From positions 1-57,399 of the IMG/VR virus record IMGVR_UViG_3300032242_001530: DNA of 57,399 nt; one strand, given 5' to 3'. Both the position numbers and the translations under genes were made by a program. Every line of letters begins with the position of its first letter. Position 1 is the first letter of the stretch. The stretch is from a virus (Duplodnaviria > Caudoviricetes). Shown here piece by piece: positions 15,502 through 24,980 of the stretch. Under the pieces are notes generated by a model. The model had not been told where the DNA came from. It did not search any database and saw only the letters and a list, made by a program, of their open reading frames with translations.

Positions 15502-16519
15502 AGTTAGCTGTATTGGTATTTGGATAAAGTCTTGGGTTTCTTCCCCATATGATTCGTACTGCGCCAGGTCCACCTGCACCGCCTTTTTCTGCGCCATAAA
15601 GGTTTGCACCACCACCTCCACCACCACCGAAACCTCCACCATAACCTGCTGTTCCTGGATATGAGAGAGGACCACCAACATCATTCATACCGTTAATTCC
15701 TGTATTTCCTCCAGAACCTCCAGTACCACCGCCACCACCGTTCGTAGGTCCTGCAACTCCGGGAGGAGGATTTGTACCTAGCTGTCCGTTAGAGCCGGCT
15801 CCGTATAAATGGACACCGCCGCCGCCACCGCCGCCTGCACCGCCAGAACCATTGCCGTTGCCTAGTGAATTTCCTCCACCGCCACCGCCACCTGTACTTG
15901 ATGTTCCAGCTGTTCCGCCAGCGCTACCGCCATTACCACCTGCACCTGAGTAACCGCCTGCGCCACCGCCGCCTCCTGCAGTATATCCCACAGGACCAGG
16001 ATAACCTTGTCCTATTCCACCTGAACCACCATTGCCCCCGCCGTCTCCGACATACGTGCCGCCTGACCCGCCAGGAGCAGGTGAACTTGAACCAGTACCA
16101 CCCCCTGCACCGCCTAATCCTGCTACAGTTGATGCATTAATAAAATATGATTGACCACCTGCATTGCCTGTTGCGACAGGTGCTATTCCAGGTGCTGCAC
16201 CTCCTGCACCAACAACAACTGTGTAACTTTGCCCGCCTATTACGGGTATATTATTTTTATACCCCAAACCTCCTCCGCCAGCACCTCCGGAGTTTATATT
16301 TACTGCACCTGCACCACCACCACCTATAGCAACAGCACTAACCAATACTGTCGATGGTGGAGCAGTCCAAGTATAAACCCCTGCAGTGGTAAATTCAATT
16401 TGACCATCCGTCATATTTCCTGTTGGTCCTACACCAATTAAAACAGGTGCGATATTGCCAGAATTATGTCTGCGAATAGGATTATTATAGTTCTTAGAAG
16501 TGGCTCGGGTAACAGACAT
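15497..16519 (-). CDS. glycine-rich adhesin-like virion protein
   Basis: FTTAG.YTWTAP...VSAVAIGGGG...GGGGGAGGY...GAVRIIW. Confidence 0.85.
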   Translation of the reverse strand: MSVTRATSKNYNNPIRRHNSGNIAPVLIGVGPTGNMTDGQIEFTTAGVYTWTAPPSTVLVSAVAIGGGGAGAVNINSGGAGGGGLGYKNNIPVIGGQSYTVVVGAGGAAPGIAPVATGNAGGQSYFINASTVAGLGGAGGGTGSSSPAPGGSGGTYVGDGGGNGGSGGIGQGYPGPVGYTAGGGGGAGGYSGAGGNGGSAGGTAGTSSTGGGGGGGNSLGNGNGSGGAGGGGGGGVHLYGAGSNGQLGTNPPPGVAGPTNGGGGGTGGSGGNTGINGMNDVGGPLSYPGTAGYGGGFGGGGGGGANLYGAEKGGAGGPGAVRIIWGRNPRLYPNTNTANL

Positions 16520-16860
16520 TAGTAAATCTCTGATCCAAATAAATTGAAAGCAACATTACCTTGAAAGCTAAATACTGTAACCACATCTGTAGCATCTAAG
16601 GTTATACCCATGGTAAGTCCAAGAGAATCATTCTGAGGTAAAGGTACTTCATATGATAAAAATTGTTTACTTGTCGGCCAAGCACCAGGAGTTGCATTTG
16701 CCTGCTTAACAGCTACTCTAAATGATACATTAGATGTTGATAAATTAGCAATATTCAATGTAGATATAACTGCACTATTACTTGTAGGTACGGCATATAT
16801 ATCAACGTATGTATTTGGTGCAGGTATTGCTTGTCCTAAAATTTTATACTTTGTTGGCAT
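16519..16860 (-). CDS. small beta-sandwich virion adaptor-like protein
   Basis: MPTKYKILGQ...IYAVP...AVISTLNIAN...FNLFGSEI; resembles the twin domains in 30101, 50964 and 55270. Confidence 0.8.
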   Translation of the reverse strand: MPTKYKILGQAIPAPNTYVDIYAVPTSNSAVISTLNIANLSTSNVSFRVAVKQANATPGAWPTSKQFLSYEVPLPQNDSLGLTMGITLDATDVVTVFSFQGNVAFNLFGSEIY

Positions 16861-16869
16861 TTTATTTCC

Positions 16870-17016
16870 TTACATTCCTGCTAATAGGAATGGACTGATT
16901 GTAGATTCAACTGCAGGTACAGAACCAGCATTTGCAGTTAAAGTGTTATCGGTTTTTAACTCTATAGGTAAACCTGTATTAGTTGTTAATTGGGTTAAAA
17001 CTATTTTTGTTGTCAT
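16870..17016 (-). CDS. 48-aa peptide ending ISPFLLAGM (not in ORF track)
   Basis: MTTKIVLTQLTTNTGLPIELKTDNTLTANAGSVPAVESTISPFLLAGM*; fills the gap behind a late promoter. Confidence 0.75.
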   Translation of the reverse strand: MTTKIVLTQLTTNTGLPIELKTDNTLTANAGSVPAVESTISPFLLAGM

Positions 17017-17034
17017 AATAGATCTCTTTACGTT

Positions 17035-17042
17035 TATTTATA
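17035..17042 (-). promoter_or_regulatory. T4-type late promoter
   Basis: Intergenic TATAAATA 18 nt upstream of the ATG at 17016. Confidence 0.8.
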
Positions 17043-17045
17043 CGG

Positions 17046-20000
17046 TTAGAATGTAATTGAACCTGGACTATAGAATGTGTATATAGTATTACCCGAAACT
17101 GTCGTTAGTGCCACGTTAGAACCAGTATATGTAGCAGTTAGGTTTGCACTTGTATGTGCAATAATAACTATGCCGGATCCGCCTGCCGATGCCGGACCAC
17201 TATATCCAGATCCACCACCGCCACCGCCGCCACTATTAGTTGCACCTGGAGTACCTGCACCCGATGGTGAATTGCCCGCTACGCCGCCACCGCCAGCACC
17301 GCCAGCACCACCTGGACCACCGTGAACTCCACCGCCACCTCCACCTCCAAAGAAGACATTTGCGCCTGTTATAAAGGTTGGATATCCATCTCCGCCTTTG
17401 CCACCGACAGTTCCAGCTGTTCCGCTTGTACCTGCTTGGGTCGCACCTCCACCGCCGCCTGCTGCTCTACTAGCAGCAGTACCAACACCTTGGCCACCCG
17501 GATAACCTTGTCCCGGAGATCCTGAACCTACTCCTGGTGCATCACCAGGTGCACCTGAACCTGAACCGCCAGGCGTTCCATTTACACCTCCTGAACCGCC
17601 ACCGCCACCACCTGTGGCAGTAAAACTAAGAGCTCCGCCTATTAGAGATGTTGGATTTCCTGATGAGCCTCTAGAAGGATCTGAGCCAACTGAAGCAGCA
17701 CCCCCTCCGCCAACAGTAATTGAGTATGTAGTTGTATTTGCAACCGTAGCTGTTCCGTATAGAACACCCCCTGCACCGCCACCCGAACCTGCATTGTAAC
17801 CTGATCCGCCACCACCCGCAACTACTAAATAATTTACTGATGTTGCAGGATATGCGGCTGCATTTGCTGCAGGTATAGGAGCACCAAATGTAATATTTGC
17901 AGATGATCTAATCTTATGGAATCTATAATCTCCGATTTCGTATGTGTCTGCTAAACCATATACAATACTAGAAACAATTGGATATTTCTTAGGATAACGA
18001 ATTACTACTACACCTGAACCACCAGCTTGACCGTTCGCCGGACCTCCTGGGGGTTGAGACATACCTCCTCCGCCACCACCACCGAAATTTGCATCTCCGG
18101 CTGTACCATAAAAACCCAAAGGAGCCCCACCGATACCGCCTCCACCAAGACCTCCGGGTGTTCTACTTGGGCCAAAGCCTCCGCCTCCGCCTGCGTAAAA
18201 TATTCCGTCTAACCAATTATAGCCGATACCGCCATTTCCGACAGATGTCATACCACCAACACCACCGCCACCACCGCCCCCTCTAGCGAGGCTATCAGAT
18301 CCAGGATCCACACCGCCCGCAAATCCTTGTCCTGGATATGCATTTGCCATTGCTGCTGCTGCGGGATAGTTAAGATATGTATTTAATGCACAACCACCAC
18401 CTGAACCGCCAGGAGATCCTATCTTACCCACATCTGAACCGCCTTGACCACCGCCTACGGCAGTAAATCCAAATGCAGTCGTATTCGCACCATTATATTG
18501 ACCATTGGTACTTGGACCTGCAGAAGGGCTAGCACCCGCACCTATAATTATTGAGTATGTTACGTTAGGTACAAGTGTTACATTGGTAGCAATAACACCG
18601 CCCCCTCCGCCACCACCTCCAAATTGATAGCCACCAGAACCACCGCCTGCTACAATTAGAACATCAAATGTATATGGATCTCCTACAACAGATGCTTGCG
18701 TAACTTTACCAATAAATGGCAATGCTGTTGGAGGAGTAATAGTATTTGCGGTGTATCTTGCTACACCCTTTGTTACTCTTAAATCTGCTATGTAACCTGT
18801 AAATGGTGTTCCGCCAGTAATCTTATTTCCGATTGTTGTAGGTACACGGGGTAATCCGTAGTTGGTAGTAACTGCACTTGTATTTGATGACAGCCATCCA
18901 TTAACATATGTTCTCCAATTCCCTAATAGAGTCTGTGAGCCACCTTCTCTCGATATTGCAATATGTATCCAAGTATTGGCATTTGCGTTTAATGCCGCAT
19001 CTGTCATTATAACTGTTTCTTGACCACCATATTGTTTATGTACTAATCCACCAGAACTTGCTTTCTTAATGATGTTAAACGTATTAGCTTGCGGAGACTC
19101 TATGATAGTATATTCATTTGCAGTTGTTGTCTGCGGATACATCCAAAATTCAACAGTAAAATCTCCTGGCCCCAGAGCAAATGCGGGACTAAATGCAGGT
19201 AAAACAACAAGATTGGAAGTTACACCATCAAAGTATAAACTTGTTCTTGCAGGTTGAGAAATTTTTGTGATTGGTAATGGTTGATTCTGCGACACCAATG
19301 CCGTTCCTGCACCTGTAGTCAATGTGTAATTATTTACAGAGTTATCTTTACTAGAAGAAGAACTTTGACATGCTAACAAACTAGTCTCTGTTCCATATAA
19401 TGCTGCAATATTTGCACTTGCAGATTGTATTGTGGATAATGGTTCGGTTGGTACAGTAAAGTTACCAGTATATACGCACGTACCTTTAACTACTCTTATA
19501 TTACTGTATATAAAATTACCATAACTACCCCAAGTATCTGCATAATTTAAATTAAAGCCTGCAGATGAATCTGATGCGCTTGCACTATTGGTTGTTGTTG
19601 CATCAAGCTTACCATTATAATACCAATTTAATGTTGTACCTGTTCTCACAAGAGCCCAATGTTCCCATGCACCCGTAGAAGGGGTTGTGGTTGTTGGAAA
19701 GTTATTTTGTTGTGCTATTCTACCATTAATCTTTGTAGGATAACCACCGTCTCTGTATAGTTGCCAACCGTTATTACTATCTCCTCCCTTTTTACCCAAT
19801 AAAGCTGCCGAAGAAGAAGTTGAAGAATATGGAACAGGGCAATATAGCCAGAATTCTATAGTAAAATCTCCTGTACCTAAATCTAATGCAGATGCAGTTG
19901 ATGGGATCGCCAATCTAGAACTTGAATCCAAGAAGGTACTATAGTAACCATCTTTTGTAAATGGATAGAATGATTTTACTTTAGCGTCATATGCTAGTTC

Positions 20001-23000
20001 AATACCATTATTCATACTATAGTCGCCTATTGCTACTCTTTTATCCTGTATAAAAGCAGCATTTCTAGTAGACGATATAGGTGTTGTAGGTAAAATAAAA
20101 CTATTGCCGTAAAGATTAGTTCTATCTATTCTTAAATCTGAGATATAACCCGTATATAGATTAGCGCCTGCAATTCTACCTGAACCTATATACATCGGCG
20201 TCACATCAAAATATGAATTTAAAAATGTTCCTGTTACTTCAAGGTTACCATTTAAAAATACTAATGCCTTATTAGTACTATCTCTAACGAATGCAAAATG
20301 ATTCCAGGCGTTAAATTTTATAGGAGTAGGTGTAACAAGACCAACTGTTGCATTGGCTACGACCAAGTTGTTTGCTCTGCCTATTTGTACTTGCCAACCT
20401 GCATCTACAGCGCCCTTTGATACAATACTATGATTAGTTGTGACTACATTAGTTGGATAGAACCAACCTTGAATAGTAAAACTACCTTGCAATCTTAAGG
20501 CTGGGCTATCTGGTACAGTTATATAATCGCCTACACCATCAAAATAATAAGATCCACCAAATACGTTTGAACTATATCCTGCTGGTTTATTTGTATATGT
20601 ATATTGGAAAGGATTAAATTCTGATATTTTCAAATCACCATTCCATTTTGTTCCTGTAGTTACACCTGTATAATCTAATGCACCACCCCTTGCATTATCT
20701 TTAAAGGTTGGTGCTGCACAAAGCAATACTTGTGTACCAGGAATATACGTCAAAGGTGATGTAGGTGGCGTAAATTGTTCTGTGTATAGACAATTATCTC
20801 TAACAACTCGGAAATTAGAAATATATCCTTTAAATACATCAGCTCCACTACCACCTATTTGATATGTACCTACAGTAAATGTATTATTTACAATAGCACT
20901 TCCTTGTCTTTCGCCATTTACCCACAGTGTAAGATTGTTTATAGAATCTCTTGTCATTGCAATATGATACCATATGCCGGGTCTAGGTACAAAGTTTGTT
21001 GAAACTAAATTGCCTGATCCATATTGATTGGGGTTAACACTTGTGCCATCGTAATACAATGTAAGAGCATTATTTGAATTCACACCAAATATTACACCTG
21101 TGCCTCCAAAGAATTTTTCCCAATGGAACCAACCTTCTATCGTAAATTTGCCTCTAAGATCTGTCCAGTCCGAGGTAGGCGTAGTTATTGTTATATTGTT
21201 TGTAGTTGAACCATTGAAATATATGCTATAAGATTGAGGTTTGATTATTGTGGAATCAAAGGGTGACCATTTACTTAAAATTACGTTAGCTCCGTATACT
21301 GTACTAGGGCTTCCGTTATTACTTACTACACTCTGTGTTGCACCTTCTCTGTAAGTATTTACATTATTAATATTTCTATTTTGTGTCCCCATCAATATTA
21401 CAGGCGCAGTGTTTGCAAATGTTAATGTTGGATTTGTATTTGCTATAGGTACACTGCCATTATTAGTAGCATTGGCGATTGATACATTTGCAGGATTGTC
21501 GAACTGGGATTTACTATTTACTAATAATAATTTTGTATTTGCTAGTACTGCTGGGGGATACGTCGGAATAAATGTATTTGCATATAGACATGAATTTGCA
21601 CCATATCCAATACGTACACCGGAGATTGTACCTGAAAAATAATTGTAGCCTCCTCCGTCGTAAATACCCACACCAACTCTTGTATATGGTGTTCCTGGCG
21701 TTGCTGTACCATAATTTAAAGTAAGAGACGGGGCATATGTCATGGTATTTGCCTGATACCCATTGATAAAGAATCTCATAGTATTGCCAGCATCTCTTGT
21801 CAATGCGACATGCGACCATTGATTCAATACTAAAGATTGTGATGTACTAAAAATAATATTTTGTGTGTTGTACGTACCCAAAGATCCCATAAGTTCAAGC
21901 TGACCTAAACTATTTAATCTAAATTCCCAACCATAATTATTTCCAGTGGACCAAACCCAATTATCTACTATATCTTTATAATTACCAAATGCTGTTGGTT
22001 TTACCCATGCTTCTATATTAAATTCGCCTGCGCCTATAAATCCATCACCCGGAGTAACATATTCTAAGTATTGATTACTTCCATTGAATGTTGCTCCATA
22101 CCCCGGTAAATTGTATTGATTAAGTATTTGAGAAGGAGGGAATGGTACTGTGGGTAAAGGGAAACTACTGTTAGAATAAAGAGACTGTCTAACAACTCGC
22201 ATGTTAGATATATAACCTTTAAAGGTATATATTGGAACAGCATTGTAATGCATAGCTCCCATTTGGAAATAATCAAAAGGTCCAGAATGTGCAGATGCAG
22301 GACTCCACGCTAAAGACGCTTCAAGGTTGCCGTTTAAATATATTCGAAGAGAATTACTTGTTCTTGTAAGAGCAACATGATACCATTTGTTTGCAGTTAA
22401 TATTGTTGATCCTGCAATTTGTGCCCCCCAATTATAATCTTGAAATTTCAATACTCGAGGAGATAAATCGATATACAAATTTACAGCTGCCGTTCCTGTT
22501 GCTGCGCACCAATTAAATATTGTATGGTAATTATTTAATACAGTAGGATATACCCAGCATTCTGCAGTATAATCTCTATACGTCGAAATGTCTAGATCTG
22601 TTCCAGTTTGACTCCCTATGGTCGCAGCAATGGGTACGCGAATATAATCAATATCGCTTGTAGCTGTATTATGGAAATGATAACTCCAATTGGATCCAAA
22701 AGGATTGAATAATGTTTTATGTACATCTCCACTATAAGTAACATTACCTGTAGTCAAACTATCGTCCATGAACGATCTATTATTAACAGGTGTACTTGTC
22801 TGTAGTGTCAATAAATTTGTGCTAGGTATTGCTGTCAGTGGTTGTCTGCTAGGCGCAAATGCCGAAGTATATACCGCCGAACCCACTACAATTCTAAAGT
22901 TTGAAATATTTCCTACCCAATAGTATGGACTACCGCTATTGGAATAACCAATAGTATTGGTGCCTACGTAAGAAAAGTTTTGAGTAACAGTTGCGGTTGC

Positions 23001-24224
23001 GACACTAGTACCGTTAGTATATAATGTCATTGCTGTTCCATTGCGAACTACAGCTACATGTGTCCAAGCATTCAAAGGTAATGCGCTGCTACCGGTCAGA
23101 TAGGTTGATATATCACCGCCGAATCTTATCGATCTAGAACTATCCATAAAAAGATATGGAGATGTATCTGCACTATTTCTAACACCCCAGATCCAGGCAT
23201 TGACACTAGGTGTCGCCGTTGGATATAGCCACATTTCTATAGTAAAACTTCCAGAACCTAACGCAACATTATTTGTGAATGCTACATAATCAGAAGTACC
23301 ATTAAAATATAAACTTCCCTCATTACCATTTAATGGTGCCCATGATTGTCCGTTAGCAGTATCATATGATAAAACAAAATCTTTTTCATATGGATTAAAA
23401 TGTTTAATTCCAGGCGTGCCGTTTATAGTAATTGTATAATTGTTTGGTCCTCTGTCAATGAATCTGCTTGACATTGCTGCAGCAAAATATGTTCCAGCGA
23501 CATATTGGTAAGGTTGTGTAGGAACTTTATATACTGTACCTAAAATTGGATTCGGATATAATGCATAACCCTTTGTTACGCGTATACCGCTGATATATCC
23601 ATTAAAATACTCTGCGCTGCTATCTACATAGGTTCTACCGATTATAATAGTTGTACCTGCAGCAAATGTTGGAGTACTTCCTGTATAAGCATACCGTGTC
23701 CCATTGATGAACAGATTAGTTATACCTGATGTATGAACTAGTGAAATATTATTCCATTGTCCTGGGATTACGGCACCTGATCCCGATGATGCAAAACTAC
23801 TAGCATTTCCTGCAACCCAGGCCTGACATTGATATGTATCCAAACGAATAGAAATTCCATCCGAACCTGTCGTATGTATTCCAAACATTCCTTGATTACC
23901 GCCAGTATATGCAATAGGGAATGCCCAGAACTCAATAGTAAAATCGCCAGTTAATTGATGAGCTGTGCTGCTAGCAACAGTCAAATAATCTGTAGTACCG
24001 TTGAAGTATATAGAATAATATCCTTCATTGAACGGATGAAAATTTGAGGGGCTTAGTGTTATGGATCCAGGCTTAACATCTATATTATTAACACTTGCGT
24101 CTGTTAGAACAGTATTAGTTCGATCGCCTGTTAATGATAAGGTAACATTTTTTGCATATACGTCTGTTGCGGACGCGCTAATGTTTTTGCCATAGCCACG
24201 TGAAGAACGATTTAATGATGGCAT
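17046..24224 (-). CDS. giant virion lectin: about 8 LamG/ConA-like domains plus 2 Gly-rich domains
   Basis: Eight repeats of SxxFxG..DY...FTxExW...W.H.A..R...G.ISxxR, then two V.YLxVAGGG...GGSGVVII units. Confidence 0.9.
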   Translation of the reverse strand: MPSLNRSSRGYGKNISASATDVYAKNVTLSLTGDRTNTVLTDASVNNIDVKPGSITLSPSNFHPFNEGYYSIYFNGTTDYLTVASSTAHQLTGDFTIEFWAFPIAYTGGNQGMFGIHTTGSDGISIRLDTYQCQAWVAGNASSFASSGSGAVIPGQWNNISLVHTSGITNLFINGTRYAYTGSTPTFAAGTTIIIGRTYVDSSAEYFNGYISGIRVTKGYALYPNPILGTVYKVPTQPYQYVAGTYFAAAMSSRFIDRGPNNYTITINGTPGIKHFNPYEKDFVLSYDTANGQSWAPLNGNEGSLYFNGTSDYVAFTNNVALGSGSFTIEMWLYPTATPSVNAWIWGVRNSADTSPYLFMDSSRSIRFGGDISTYLTGSSALPLNAWTHVAVVRNGTAMTLYTNGTSVATATVTQNFSYVGTNTIGYSNSGSPYYWVGNISNFRIVVGSAVYTSAFAPSRQPLTAIPSTNLLTLQTSTPVNNRSFMDDSLTTGNVTYSGDVHKTLFNPFGSNWSYHFHNTATSDIDYIRVPIAATIGSQTGTDLDISTYRDYTAECWVYPTVLNNYHTIFNWCAATGTAAVNLYIDLSPRVLKFQDYNWGAQIAGSTILTANKWYHVALTRTSNSLRIYLNGNLEASLAWSPASAHSGPFDYFQMGAMHYNAVPIYTFKGYISNMRVVRQSLYSNSSFPLPTVPFPPSQILNQYNLPGYGATFNGSNQYLEYVTPGDGFIGAGEFNIEAWVKPTAFGNYKDIVDNWVWSTGNNYGWEFRLNSLGQLELMGSLGTYNTQNIIFSTSQSLVLNQWSHVALTRDAGNTMRFFINGYQANTMTYAPSLTLNYGTATPGTPYTRVGVGIYDGGGYNYFSGTISGVRIGYGANSCLYANTFIPTYPPAVLANTKLLLVNSKSQFDNPANVSIANATNNGSVPIANTNPTLTFANTAPVILMGTQNRNINNVNTYREGATQSVVSNNGSPSTVYGANVILSKWSPFDSTIIKPQSYSIYFNGSTTNNITITTPTSDWTDLRGKFTIEGWFHWEKFFGGTGVIFGVNSNNALTLYYDGTSVNPNQYGSGNLVSTNFVPRPGIWYHIAMTRDSINNLTLWVNGERQGSAIVNNTFTVGTYQIGGSGADVFKGYISNFRVVRDNCLYTEQFTPPTSPLTYIPGTQVLLCAAPTFKDNARGGALDYTGVTTGTKWNGDLKISEFNPFQYTYTNKPAGYSSNVFGGSYYFDGVGDYITVPDSPALRLQGSFTIQGWFYPTNVVTTNHSIVSKGAVDAGWQVQIGRANNLVVANATVGLVTPTPIKFNAWNHFAFVRDSTNKALVFLNGNLEVTGTFLNSYFDVTPMYIGSGRIAGANLYTGYISDLRIDRTNLYGNSFILPTTPISSTRNAAFIQDKRVAIGDYSMNNGIELAYDAKVKSFYPFTKDGYYSTFLDSSSRLAIPSTASALDLGTGDFTIEFWLYCPVPYSSTSSSAALLGKKGGDSNNGWQLYRDGGYPTKINGRIAQQNNFPTTTTPSTGAWEHWALVRTGTTLNWYYNGKLDATTTNSASASDSSAGFNLNYADTWGSYGNFIYSNIRVVKGTCVYTGNFTVPTEPLSTIQSASANIAALYGTETSLLACQSSSSSKDNSVNNYTLTTGAGTALVSQNQPLPITKISQPARTSLYFDGVTSNLVVLPAFSPAFALGPGDFTVEFWMYPQTTTANEYTIIESPQANTFNIIKKASSGGLVHKQYGGQETVIMTDAALNANANTWIHIAISREGGSQTLLGNWRTYVNGWLSSNTSAVTTNYGLPRVPTTIGNKITGGTPFTGYIADLRVTKGVARYTANTITPPTALPFIGKVTQASVVGDPYTFDVLIVAGGGSGGYQFGGGGGGGGVIATNVTLVPNVTYSIIIGAGASPSAGPSTNGQYNGANTTAFGFTAVGGGQGGSDVGKIGSPGGSGGGCALNTYLNYPAAAAMANAYPGQGFAGGVDPGSDSLARGGGGGGGVGGMTSVGNGGIGYNWLDGIFYAGGGGGFGPSRTPGGLGGGGIGGAPLGFYGTAGDANFGGGGGGGMSQPPGGPANGQAGGSGVVVIRYPKKYPIVSSIVYGLADTYEIGDYRFHKIRSSANITFGAPIPAANAAAYPATSVNYLVVAGGGGSGYNAGSGGGAGGVLYGTATVANTTTYSITVGGGGAASVGSDPSRGSSGNPTSLIGGALSFTATGGGGGGSGGVNGTPGGSGSGAPGDAPGVGSGSPGQGYPGGQGVGTAASRAAGGGGGATQAGTSGTAGTVGGKGGDGYPTFITGANVFFGGGGGGGVHGGPGGAGGAGGGGVAGNSPSGAGTPGATNSGGGGGGGSGYSGPASAGGSGIVIIAHTSANLTATYTGSNVALTTVSGNTIYTFYSPGSITF

Positions 24225-24233
24225 GGAAATCCT

Positions 24234-24968
24234 TTAAGCAAATCTCGATTGACTACCCAATACTGTGAATGTGGCATTTGATGTTTTAATAATAGTATAG
24301 TTATATATATCAACCGAGTTAGGATTGCCCGATGTAACAGGAATTGCATCCTGCCACTTAGGTACTACTGTTGTTCCATCTATTGTTATCGAGTTTGCAT
24401 AATAACCTGTAGAACCATTAGTTACCATAACAACTGTAGAAATACTTTCATTATTAGCAAGTGCATTATTTAATGACGTAGAACTACTTGTTCTAAAGTT
24501 AAAGTTAAAATTTCCAGATGTAGCCGTATTAAAATAATAAACAGCAGATGTAGATAGATCTATATTTGCTGTTACATTACCTGCAGTACCCAAAGAAGTG
24601 CCTGATATTATAACTGCTTCTGCAGCATTAAACAGTTTTAGTGCTAATCCTGCAGTGTTACCTTGAAATATTTGTTTAGCAGTAGCTATATTTTCTACAT
24701 TAAAACTAAATGTTGTTCCTTGAGATACGGTACCCCAAGATGCATTAGTACCATCAGTTGTTAGATATTTACCCGCATTACCAGATTGTGAAGGTAAACT
24801 AGCTCCCGAAGATGAAGAGCTAGTTGCTCCAGGGGTATAATCTGTCCAAGTAGGTGTAGTCCCGTTTACCGCAATATACTTGTAATACTTATTGGTAGTG
24901 GGATTATACCACTCGTCTCCAAGTGCCACATTGAATATTGGCTGACTTGTCGATACTAGATGAGCCAT
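24234..24968 (-). CDS. tail-fibre-like virion protein
   Basis: LPSQSGNAGKYLTTDGTNASW fibre motif and beta-rich C-terminal domain. Confidence 0.75.
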   Translation of the reverse strand: MAHLVSTSQPIFNVALGDEWYNPTTNKYYKYIAVNGTTPTWTDYTPGATSSSSSGASLPSQSGNAGKYLTTDGTNASWGTVSQGTTFSFNVENIATAKQIFQGNTAGLALKLFNAAEAVIISGTSLGTAGNVTANIDLSTSAVYYFNTATSGNFNFNFRTSSSTSLNNALANNESISTVVMVTNGSTGYYANSITIDGTTVVPKWQDAIPVTSGNPNSVDIYNYTIIKTSNATFTVLGSQSRFA

Positions 24969-24980
24969 TCGGTTCTCCGA

